Positions 18,403 to 26,414 of a stretch of 32,000 bases of DNA are shown here, piece after piece. The translations under genes were made by a program, and so were the position numbers. The first letter of the stretch is position 1. Every line of letters starts with the position of its first letter. Source of the stretch: Halalkalibacterium halodurans (GTDB lineage: Bacteria; Bacillota; Bacilli; Bacillales; Bacillaceae_D); the NCBI RefSeq assembly GCF_004376175.1, contig NZ_SNUY01000010.1, forward strand, positions 42,298 through 74,297, read 5' to 3'. Below the pieces are notes generated by a model, which worked only from the letters and a program-made list of their open reading frames with translations, searched no databases and was not told the origin of the DNA.

Positions 18403-19617
18403 ATGCTTGAAGCCGTATTGAAAAAAGTGGACGCTTATTTTGACGAATTGGTTGACATTCGGCGGACACTTCATAAACATCCTGAGTTATCATTTGAAGA
18501 AGTAAAAACACCTGCCTTCATCGCAGATTATTTAGAAAAGCTTGGTGTCAATGTTCGTCGCGGCGTAGGAGGCCGAGGCGTTGTTGGCACGATTAAAGGT
18601 GGAAAGCCTGGTCCAACGGTGGCGTTACGAGCTGATTTTGATGCCCTTCCGATCCAAGAGGAAACAGGTCTTCCTTACCAATCAACTGTTCCTGGAGTTA
18701 TGCATGCGTGCGGGCACGATGGTCATACGGCCACCCTTCTCATCATTGCAAAAATTTTAATGGAGCACCGTCAACAGTTGGAAGGAAGTGTTGTCCTTAT
18801 CCACCAATTTGCCGAAGAGCTTGCCCCAGGGGGTGCGATTGCCATGATTGAAGATGGTTGCCTCGATGGGGTGGACGTCATTTACGGCACACACTTATGG
18901 GCGACGATGCCCGTTGGCGAAATCGGGTATCGAAGCGGGGCATTCATGGCAGCAGCGGATAAATTTGCAGTGACGATTTACGGAAAAGGAGGACATGGAG
19001 CAGCACCTCACGAGACGGTCGATGCGGTGACGGTGGGTGCTTCGGTCGTCCAGCAATTGCAGCAAATTGTCAGTAGAAATGTCGACCCGTTAGAATCGGC
19101 TGTTGTAACCGTTGCGTCATTCCAAGCAGGCGGGCCATTTAACGTCATTGCTGATAAGGCAAACCTTGTTGGAACGGTTCGTACGTTTAAAGAAGACATT
19201 CAAGATATGATCATTGAACGAATGGAGCGCACGATTAAAGGTGTTTGTGATGCTGCAGGGGCTACATATGCCTTCGCTTATGATAAAGGCTATCCAGCGG
19301 TGATCAATCATCCGAAAGAAACAGACGACCTTAAGAATGCGGCGGTGGCAGTTGTCGGGGAAGAACATGTAGCTGAAATGGCTCCGGTTATGGGCGGCGA
19401 GGATTTTGCCTATTACCTTCATCATGTGCCAGGGGCCTTTTTCTTTACAGGTGCAGGAAATGAGGATGAAGGGATTATTTACCCTCACCATCATCCGAAA
19501 TTTATGATCGATGAACGATCGTTAGCGATTGCGGCCAAAACATTACTGACGGCTACGCTATCATATAGTCAAAAGGACGCTTCAGCTCATGAGCCATCTG
19601 CCACATCTGATCGCTAA
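18403..19617 (+). CDS. M20 family amidohydrolase (N-acyl-L-amino acid amidohydrolase / hippurate hydrolase-like)
   Basis: LHKHPELSFEE, ALRADFDALP, MHACGHDGH and GGEDFAYY are the motifs of the M20D subfamily. ATG 18403 follows GGAGGGG. Confidence 0.85.
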   Translation: MLEAVLKKVDAYFDELVDIRRTLHKHPELSFEEVKTPAFIADYLEKLGVNVRRGVGGRGVVGTIKGGKPGPTVALRADFDALPIQEETGLPYQSTVPGVMHACGHDGHTATLLIIAKILMEHRQQLEGSVVLIHQFAEELAPGGAIAMIEDGCLDGVDVIYGTHLWATMPVGEIGYRSGAFMAAADKFAVTIYGKGGHGAAPHETVDAVTVGASVVQQLQQIVSRNVDPLESAVVTVASFQAGGPFNVIADKANLVGTVRTFKEDIQDMIIERMERTIKGVCDAAGATYAFAYDKGYPAVINHPKETDDLKNAAVAVVGEEHVAEMAPVMGGEDFAYYLHHVPGAFFFTGAGNEDEGIIYPHHHPKFMIDERSLAIAAKTLLTATLSYSQKDASAHEPSATSDR

Positions 19618-20527
19618 GTTAGAGAATCACGCCGAATGGGTCAAACGCCTAGTGCTTGTGGGCCAGAAAAGCTGGCACACGCCACTCCAGAAGGGAGGAT
19701 GGTCACCTGCTGAGGTGATTCATCACTTTCACCGCTGGGACGATTTTGCCCGCAATCATCGATTTATTCCCTTTCTTGGGGGAAGAGCGACGTTTACCGC
19801 CGGTGCTCATGCAAAGTTCAACGAACAATCGGAGAGGGAAGTTCGGGATGGATTAGGAAAAGAAGCGATCATCGTTCAATGCCTGAAAAGCCGTTATGCG
19901 CTTATTGAAACAGTAGAAAAATTATGTGAGGAAGCATGGGAACAGACGTTGACGATTGGGGATCATGATCTGTCTATTCATACGTACTTACAAGGAGTGA
20001 TCGAGCATGATCGACATCACCGCGAGCAAATAGAGCAGTTTTTTTCTTTAGAACAACAAGGAAAGTTGCCTATGGTCAATATAACGGAGCGATGCGGTGA
20101 GGAACTGCCGATGAATCTTTTGTTGTTAGCTGATCCCGAACAAGCGATGATCGAACGTTACCTTTCTGGTGGCTTAGGCTTCCTAGCCGAAGTGGAAGGA
20201 ACGCCTGTTGGTGTCATCGTCTTGAAGGATAAAGGGCAAGGTCTGTTCGAAGTGATGAACATAGCGGTGGCTGAACAGGAGCAAGGAAAAGGATACGGAA
20301 AACTGTTGCTTCTTCACGGGATTCACGTTGCCCTCAAAAGGGGTACTGACAGAATCGAAATTGGCACGGGAAATTCAAGCATTGGTCAATTGGCTCTTTA
20401 TCAGCGATGCGGGTTTTCGATCACCGCCGTCGACAAAGATTTCTTTACGAAGCATTATCGTGAGCCGATCGTTGAACAAGGTATTCGTTGTGAGCATATG
20501 ATTCGCTTAGCCCAAGACTTGAAATAG
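19589..20527 (+). CDS. DinB-like domain fused to a GNAT N-acetyltransferase domain
   Basis: The N-terminal half has a DinB_2-type His pattern (WSPAEVIHHFHRWDD ... IEHDRHHREQIEQF). The C-terminal half is GNAT (LLLLADPE..., NIAVAEQEQGKGYGKLLL, LALYQRCGF). One uninterrupted frame spans both halves. Confidence 0.7.
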   Translation: MSHLPHLIAKLENHAEWVKRLVLVGQKSWHTPLQKGGWSPAEVIHHFHRWDDFARNHRFIPFLGGRATFTAGAHAKFNEQSEREVRDGLGKEAIIVQCLKSRYALIETVEKLCEEAWEQTLTIGDHDLSIHTYLQGVIEHDRHHREQIEQFFSLEQQGKLPMVNITERCGEELPMNLLLLADPEQAMIERYLSGGLGFLAEVEGTPVGVIVLKDKGQGLFEVMNIAVAEQEQGKGYGKLLLLHGIHVALKRGTDRIEIGTGNSSIGQLALYQRCGFSITAVDKDFFTKHYREPIVEQGIRCEHMIRLAQDLK

Positions 20528-20552
20528 GGGACAAAACTAGCCAAACGTAATC

Positions 20553-20600
20553 AAAAAGGTTCGGATCATTTTCTTTTGATGACCCGAACCTTTTTCTTTT
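20553..20600 (+). terminator. Intrinsic terminator
   Basis: The sequence aaaaaggttcggatcat...atgacccgaaccttttt is followed by a T-rich tail. Confidence 0.7.
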
Positions 20601-20831
20601 GATTGATGGGATCGTTTGATTAGCTTTTATGGCCGTGAACTTACGTACTGTATGTTTCAAAATGTTTTGTATCAACCTGTTTTGGTTGCATCACGGCACC
20701 ATACAAATTTTCACAAAAAGAGCCCACCATGTGCCGGGAAATGGTAGGATGTAAGTATCGGGTCCATACAGGCTTTGCTTATGTCTTCAGGCTCATTAAT
20801 CGCTGAGTTTTTCTAAAAAGACTACATATGG

Positions 20832-20858
20832 TGTAACCTTCAGCTCAAATGTGTCGTT
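20832..20858 (+). promoter_or_regulatory. Candidate ECF-type autoregulatory promoter
   Basis: TGTAAC-N17-CGTT resembles the AAC...CGT ECF promoter architecture (SigX/SigW-like as recalled). It lies ~48 nt upstream of the sigma factor ATG. Confidence 0.35.
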
Positions 20859-20905
20859 TCATAGTCAGATAGAGAAGGTGTACATCTTACGGAGGGTCAT
20901 TACAA

Positions 20906-21436
20906 ATGGAAGAGCTTTTACTGATGAAGGCAAAAAAGGGGGATGAGGGTGCGTTCGAGCAGCTGATCGAACTGCATCTGAAAACGGTAGAAAAATTTGC
21001 CTTCCAGCTAGGTGTTTCACCTTTTGCGGTAGAGGATATTTCCCAAGAGGTGTTTATTAAGGTATATCGGTTTCTCCATAAACATGATCGGGGCAAATTT
21101 ACGACGTGGCTCTATTCAATTACGTTGAACGTTGTCCGCGATCATTACCGAAAAGAGCAGCGGCTGCGAAAGAAAGCGCTAGAGCTGCAACATCAATCAC
21201 CAGAGACGGCGTATGTTGAAGAGCATTTTGACGAAGAGGCGAGAGCCCTTCACGAGATGATTCAACAGCTTGACGATAAATACAAAATCCCGATCGTTCT
21301 CCATTATTTTCACGATCAGACGTACCAGGAGATTGCTCAAGTGTTAGGGATTACAGAAGGAGCTGTTAAGACACGCATGCTTCGTGCAAAACAGCAACTT
21401 AAAGCGAAGTACGAAAAAGTAGGTGAACAGCTATGA
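20906..21436 (+). CDS. ECF-type RNA polymerase sigma-70 family factor
   Basis: It is 176 aa with region 2 (FEQLIELHLKTVEKFA...DISQEVFIKVY...WLYSITLNVVRDHYRK) and a region 4 HTH (YQEIAQVLGITEGAVKTRMLRAKQQL). Confidence 0.85.
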   Translation: MEELLLMKAKKGDEGAFEQLIELHLKTVEKFAFQLGVSPFAVEDISQEVFIKVYRFLHKHDRGKFTTWLYSITLNVVRDHYRKEQRLRKKALELQHQSPETAYVEEHFDEEARALHEMIQQLDDKYKIPIVLHYFHDQTYQEIAQVLGITEGAVKTRMLRAKQQLKAKYEKVGEQL

Positions 21437-22401
21437 GTGAAAACCAATTGGATCGGGCGATGGAAAGGTTGAAGCGTCAATATGATGAGATGCCTACACG
21501 TTCCTCCTCCGCCAAGATTGCGGCAAACATAAAAAAGAAACGTCAATGGTCCGCGCGATTCCGGCGCTGGCAAATGGCGGCCCTTCTCGTTTTAACGGTC
21601 GGCATTGGCTCTGTATTAGGGCTTAACCTTTTCGGCAACCCTTCCCAACCTGAGGAATTTAGCTTACATGCTGATTCTGAACAGGAGCGAGCAATCGAAA
21701 AGGGCTCGCTTGAACAAGACGAACATCAGACCAATATGGATCAAGGCGCAGAAGCCGGAGCGGTAGAAGCAGATGAGGAGCCGGTTGAGACTCCTGCGAT
21801 GGAAGAGGAAGGAGAAGAAACATCTCCTGCTAATGATGCGGAACAGCCAGATATAGGCATGGCTGAAGCTGATGAAGCGGATGTAGAAACACGGATTGTC
21901 TATGGTGAGCTAGAAGGGATGTCTGAGGAATTTGTTTATAAAAAAGAAGTGATCGATGAGTTTGGATTAGATTTTTGGTATGACGAGCGTTTTGTTTTAG
22001 AGCGGTTCAACGAAAACGGTATCGTGGGCAGGCAAGTCTATGTAAAGTTTAGTGGTGGCGATCCTATTTGGGACGTACCTGTGTTTGAGCTGTTTGCGTT
22101 TACGAATGACGCGACTTTCGAAGCTTACGTAGATGTCCTTGAAACAGAGGGTTATACGAAAAGTGGCACAGATGACTTGATTACATCACAGACCCGCCTC
22201 CAGGCGATCGACGATGAGTATGACGTTTTTAGAAACGACGATGTCGAAGTTCATCTCGCTCGATTTGAACACCATCAAGGAGGGGAATTTGCCATCCGTT
22301 TGAATCGCCCGACAGAGTATGTTGAGTGGTCTGAAGGTTACGGCCCTCATGAACAGCTTATGTTAGAGAATATTGAGCATCGCTATGATGAGCGAAATTA
22401 A
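21433..22401 (+). CDS. Putative anti-sigma factor (single-pass membrane protein with an acidic linker)
   Basis: It overlaps the sigma gene in an ATGA junction. A short cytoplasmic N-terminus is followed by one TM (MAALLVLTVGIGSVLGLNLF), a very acidic low-complexity stretch and a ~170 aa extracytoplasmic domain. No HxxxCxxC zinc motif is present. Confidence 0.6.
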   Translation: MSENQLDRAMERLKRQYDEMPTRSSSAKIAANIKKKRQWSARFRRWQMAALLVLTVGIGSVLGLNLFGNPSQPEEFSLHADSEQERAIEKGSLEQDEHQTNMDQGAEAGAVEADEEPVETPAMEEEGEETSPANDAEQPDIGMAEADEADVETRIVYGELEGMSEEFVYKKEVIDEFGLDFWYDERFVLERFNENGIVGRQVYVKFSGGDPIWDVPVFELFAFTNDATFEAYVDVLETEGYTKSGTDDLITSQTRLQAIDDEYDVFRNDDVEVHLARFEHHQGGEFAIRLNRPTEYVEWSEGYGPHEQLMLENIEHRYDERN

Positions 22402-22411
22402 GCAAACCAAT

Positions 22412-22437
22412 GCCCGTTTCACTGGACGGGCTTTTTC
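22412..22437 (+). terminator. Intrinsic terminator after the anti-sigma gene
   Basis: gcccgt-ttcactgg-acgggc is followed by ttttt. Confidence 0.6.
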
Positions 22438-22478
22438 TTTACCGTAAAAAGACATGCTTTAAGCGGAGGCTGAATACA

Positions 22479-22925
22479 ATGCTCTTAGCAACTTGTCTAG
22501 GAGGGTTTTACGTGCTAAAAGATGTCTCGATCAGGTCTGGTTTACTTCTAGCTGGGTATGGTGGCTTGCTTGCAGCTGCAGTTTCCTTTCCCCATTCCCA
22601 TCCATGGTCGGTTTCACTCGTATTAGGACAACTTATTTTTTCGCCAATCAAGCTGCTCGTCGCTGCATTCATGTTTAGCATCGGCTTTTTAGCTTATTCG
22701 CTTTTTGTTCAAGATCTATGTAAAATTTTATTTTTAGAGAAGAATGGGAGACCGGCAGAAAGCCACGTTCGCCTTGCTTTCGTACTTGTGGCTGGGTTGT
22801 CACTCATCCATTTGTTTTTTCATCACTGGATTGTCGCCTTGCTTGGAGGGGTGTTCGCCTTGTTTTATGGTATAATGGACGTTGATTTACCTACTATTTG
22901 GCGGAATCGGAGGATTCCATTATGA
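22479..22925 (+). CDS. Hypothetical polytopic membrane protein (~148 aa)
   Basis: It has four hydrophobic segments. ATG 22479 follows GCGGAGG. The upstream part of the track ORF overlaps the terminator. The stop overlaps the next start in an ATGA junction. Confidence 0.5.
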   Translation: MLLATCLGGFYVLKDVSIRSGLLLAGYGGLLAAAVSFPHSHPWSVSLVLGQLIFSPIKLLVAAFMFSIGFLAYSLFVQDLCKILFLEKNGRPAESHVRLAFVLVAGLSLIHLFFHHWIVALLGGVFALFYGIMDVDLPTIWRNRRIPL

Positions 22926-23692
22926 TCATCCTTGGTAGTATTATCGCTGTTATTATTGGAGCCGTACTTGTTGTCCATATGAAAAAAGAAGCCAAGCAAA
23001 ATCGTTTGATTACTCATGAGTTGTATTTTCCGAGTCTACCTTTGTCATTTGATGGAGTAATGATCTTTTTTATTTCTGATCTCCATCGCCGGAAGCTGGA
23101 AGATGAGCTACTCGAACAGCTCCCTGCATCGATTGATTACGTCATCATCGGAGGCGACCTGCTTGAAAAGAACGTACCGCTCGAACAGGTTCGAGAAAAT
23201 GTCCAAAAACTAAGGCGGCTCGGGCCGACCTTTTTTGTGTGGGGAAACAATGATTATGAAGGGGACATTCAAGGGCTTCGGACGCTATTTCGAGAAGAGC
23301 AAGTAGAAGAGCTCGTGAATCGTTTTACGGTGATTGCGCAAAATGAAGATACCCTCGTTTTCATTGGCGTCGATGACTTGGGTCATGGACGGGATCGTCT
23401 GTCTGACGCGCTGGAAAACGCTCCTGACGGATTTCGTATTCTCATAAGCCATAACCCAGAGATCGTCCATCAGTTAGATCCCCGCCATTCGCTTGACCTT
23501 GTATTAAGTGGTCATACCCACGGTGGACAAATTCGTCTTTTTGGACTCGGATTAGAAAAACCTGGAGCATTAACGAAGCACCGTACCTTCGTTCAACTCG
23601 TCAGCAATGGCTATGGGACGACCGGTGTTCCGTTCAGGCTGGGAGCACCCCCGGAAACTCATGTTCTCATCCTTCGTCGCGGGAAGGAATGA
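22922..23692 (+). CDS. ypbG: Membrane-anchored calcineurin-like metallophosphoesterase (YpbG-like)
   Basis: It has an N-terminal TM followed by the SDLH, GGDL, GNNDYE, SHNP and GHTHGGQ motifs of the metallophosphoesterase fold. Confidence 0.85.
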   Translation: MIILGSIIAVIIGAVLVVHMKKEAKQNRLITHELYFPSLPLSFDGVMIFFISDLHRRKLEDELLEQLPASIDYVIIGGDLLEKNVPLEQVRENVQKLRRLGPTFFVWGNNDYEGDIQGLRTLFREEQVEELVNRFTVIAQNEDTLVFIGVDDLGHGRDRLSDALENAPDGFRILISHNPEIVHQLDPRHSLDLVLSGHTHGGQIRLFGLGLEKPGALTKHRTFVQLVSNGYGTTGVPFRLGAPPETHVLILRRGKE

Positions 23693-24352
23693 TCAAGATT
23701 GTACAAAGGGGTATGTTCCGTTATACTTACTATCAGTAATGGGAATGGGACAGCGTAGGGCAATCATTTGAAGTCGAACGAAGGGAAATCTAACATAAAG
23801 AATGTCGACAAAGCGGGGGCATTTATCCATTCATTCTAAGCGATGGGGGATTGACTATTAGGAACATTTGTGCAATCAGGCGAAAATGGACAAGTTATCA
23901 TTGTGTCAATTGCGTATTTCGTTACAGTTTCAGGTTTCCGTTAGTAGCAAACAATGGGGTGTAACGTTCTTTTCCCCAGAGCAGGAATTTCAGTGGAAGA
24001 TGTGGAACTAATCATTCGTGACGCGAAAACGAGCTTTTTTTAGGGGATTACACGTGTCAATCAAAACTCTATATCGCCTTTTGCTTTATCACAGAGCAGG
24101 AGCGTCAGTGCTTTGGCGTGACGATAAAGGTTACAAAGAGATAAGGCAACGGGCAAAACAGGGGTGGACGCTCCTTATTGGAAGTACAAAAGAATTAGGA
24201 GCGATGGAGCTAAAAATTTATAAAAGTAAATGGGTTGGCTGAAAGGGTTGAATCATGAACCTTCTGTTCAATTCCACATACCGTATAGTAAGAAGATCTC
24301 AAGACTTGGTCCTTCTTCGTCGTGTTAGGAGGCCGTGAGAGGAGGGTCAGAG

Positions 24353-24958
24353 ATGCGTTTAGAGCGTTTAGCTGTGAATAAAATCAAAGTGTTTTTGACA
24401 TTCGATGACTTAAAAGAGCGAGGCATTACCAAGGATGAACTTTGGCAGGATATCCCAAAGGTTCATGACTTGTTTCGCGATATGATGCTAGAAGCAGACG
24501 ATGAATTAGGTTTTAAAGCCGATGGCCCGATTGCTGTTGAAGTGTTTGCCCTCCCAGCACAAGGGATGGTTATTATCGTAACGAAAGGTCACCAAGAATC
24601 AGATTTTGATGAAGATGGGCTCGAAGATGGCTATATTGAAATGCAAGTGACCCTTGATGAGAGCGATGAAGTGTTTTACGAATTTGCCGATATTGAAGAT
24701 GTCATCTCACTTGTCCCTAGGCTGGTAACGTTAGGAATGACGGGCGGGACTCTTTATTCGTATCAAGGGCGATACTATATTTCTTTCACAGATCTTGATT
24801 TGGACGGAATCGATGAAGAGTCGTTAATAGCCCTGCTGGCCGAATACGGTTATCCTTCAACAATCTCAACCTATCGTGTAGCAGAATACGGATCATTAAT
24901 CATTGCTAATGATGCATGCATTAAGTTGTATCAATCTTTTTTCAAAGCGAGAACATAA
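24353..24958 (+). CDS. mecB: MecA-family adaptor protein (MecB/YpbH-like)
   Basis: MRLERLAVNKIKVFLTFDDLKERGI is the typical MecA N-terminus. The ~200 aa length matches the paralog, and the protein has an acidic linker. The RBS is GAGAGGAGGG. Confidence 0.85.
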   Translation: MRLERLAVNKIKVFLTFDDLKERGITKDELWQDIPKVHDLFRDMMLEADDELGFKADGPIAVEVFALPAQGMVIIVTKGHQESDFDEDGLEDGYIEMQVTLDESDEVFYEFADIEDVISLVPRLVTLGMTGGTLYSYQGRYYISFTDLDLDGIDEESLIALLAEYGYPSTISTYRVAEYGSLIIANDACIKLYQSFFKART

Positions 24959-24959
24959 A

Positions 24960-24985
24960 CTGATGGGGAAACTCATCGGTTTTTT
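24960..24985 (+). terminator. Intrinsic terminator
   Basis: ctgatggg-gaaa-ctcatcgg forms an 8-bp stem including G-U pairs, with a GNRA loop, followed by tttttt. Confidence 0.7.
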
Positions 24986-25194
24986 GCACTTAAAAAAATT
25001 AACTACTAAAGAACAAAAGGATCAGAAACGGCTTCGTCAGAGGTCTAGCTCTAAGTCATAACTGGAAATCTCAACAGAGACGAAACGATCCACGTCCTAT
25101 GACAACGTCTAGGTGTCCCACATCGCCAGAGATTGGACAAACGTTCAGCAGAGGCGCCCACTTTGTGAAGTTCACTTTTTTGTGATGAAACTAT

Positions 25195-25226
25195 TAGCTT
25201 CGTCATATTTGAAGCTGTGATACAAT
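25195..25226 (+). promoter_or_regulatory. Candidate sigma-A promoter with an extended -10 for ddl
   Basis: TGaTACAAT lies at 25218-25226. The -35 is weak (TTAGCT region). Confidence 0.35.
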
Positions 25227-25308
25227 GATACAGGATAGACAATCGTCCAATACATAGTTCATTGAATAAAGTGATTGTAGAAACATATGACAGTGGGAGT
25301 GAACATAC

Positions 25309-26226
25309 GTGAAAATAGCGGTTTTATATGGTGGGACATCAGCAGAACGAGAAGTATCATTATCATCAGGAAAAGGGATTATGGAGGCGTTAAAGGTCAA
25401 CGGTCATGAGGTCATTGGCATTGATTTTCATCCAGATCAGGTTCGCGACTTGGTTGACTTAGACGTTGACCTTGTATTTATTGGACTTCACGGACGGTTA
25501 GGCGAAGATGGAAAGGTTCAAGCACTGCTTGACTTGTTAAACATCCCTTATGTTGGTACAGGTGTTCAAGGTTCGGCCCTTGCCATGGATAAAGCGAAGG
25601 CTAAGCTCTTTTTTGAAAAAGCAGGCATTCGGGTTGCAGAGGAGGTCGTACTCCATTCATTTACGTACGATGCAAATGCGTTTAACTTTACAGGCACATA
25701 TCCTGTCGTCGTTAAACCAAATCAGGAAGGATCAACCATCGGCTTAACCGTAGCAGAAACAGAGGAGGAGCTTTTGCAAGGGATTGAAGAAGCTTTCCGT
25801 CATGATGATACAATTCTCATTGAAGAGTTTATCGCCGGAACAGAAGTAACGGTTGCTGTGCTTGGCAATAAAGGGGAAGAGCGGTCACTTCCTGTTGTGG
25901 AAATTGTTCCGAAAAATAAACTTTATGATTATGAGTCAAAATACGCTCCAGGGATGAGCGAACATATTGTTCCTGCCCGAATTTCTGAGGAGCATACCGC
26001 TTATGTGCAACAAGCAGCCGTTCGTGCTCACCAAGCGCTAGGATGTGATGTATATTCGCGGGTTGATTTCATCGTTCCAAACGACGGATCGGATCCGGTC
26101 ATTTTAGAAGTCAATACGCTTCCGGGGATGACACCAACGAGTTTGTATCCAGATGCTGCCAAAGGGGTTGGTATGTCGTATGAGGAAATGATCCAAACGT
26201 TTGTCAACCTTTCGTTAAAAAAATAA
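25309..26226 (+). CDS. ddl: D-alanine--D-alanine ligase (short, DdlB-type, 305 aa)
   Basis: MKIAVLYGGTSAEREVSLSSGK, an ATP-grasp core, LYDYESKY (aligning with E. coli DdlB YDYEAKY as recalled) and LEVNTLPGMTPTSL are all present. The GTG start follows GGGAGTGA. Confidence 0.9.
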   Translation: MKIAVLYGGTSAEREVSLSSGKGIMEALKVNGHEVIGIDFHPDQVRDLVDLDVDLVFIGLHGRLGEDGKVQALLDLLNIPYVGTGVQGSALAMDKAKAKLFFEKAGIRVAEEVVLHSFTYDANAFNFTGTYPVVVKPNQEGSTIGLTVAETEEELLQGIEEAFRHDDTILIEEFIAGTEVTVAVLGNKGEERSLPVVEIVPKNKLYDYESKYAPGMSEHIVPARISEEHTAYVQQAAVRAHQALGCDVYSRVDFIVPNDGSDPVILEVNTLPGMTPTSLYPDAAKGVGMSYEEMIQTFVNLSLKK

Positions 26227-26244
26227 CGTTTCCGTGTTTAAAAA

Positions 26245-26287
26245 CCCTTCAAAAATCGATGCAAAGAATCATCCGATTTTTGAAGGG
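26245..26287. terminator. Perfect 14-bp inverted repeat hairpin after ddl (probable terminator, atypical tail)
   Basis: cccttcaaaaatcg-N15-cgatttttgaaggg. An A5 run lies upstream, but no T-run follows on the plus strand. Confidence 0.5.
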
Positions 26288-26414
26288 TACACTATTGGAT
26301 GATCTCGTAATTTTTCTTACAGAAACGGTGGAAAAAAGAAGGTACTTTCTTTATAGTTATAAGTGTCGAAGCTTTTTAACTAAAGAGTGTAAGGGTGGCC
26401 AGAGGTGAAAACGA

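Noticed and set aside
20445-20675. Minus-strand 76-aa ORF across the DinB-GNAT 3' end and its terminator
   Set aside because: It runs through a rho-independent terminator hairpin and overlaps a supported CDS. It has no RBS.
22410-22478. Extended N-terminus of the 22410-22925 ORF
   Set aside because: The first 23 codons overlap the terminator hairpin of the anti-sigma gene. An internal ATG at 22479 has a proper RBS (GCGGAGG), so I used the shorter start.
24018-24242. 74-aa ORF in the long gap upstream of mecB
   Set aside because: It has no Shine-Dalgarno sequence ahead of the GTG start, an Arg/Lys/Leu-rich composition unlike neighbouring genes, and no recognisable family. I kept the region as a finding but did not call a CDS.
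25051-25400. Minus-strand ORFs 25051-25242 and 25203-25400 upstream of and overlapping ddl
   Set aside because: The second overlaps the ddl start and its promoter. Neither has an RBS or protein-like composition, so they are likely chance ORFs.
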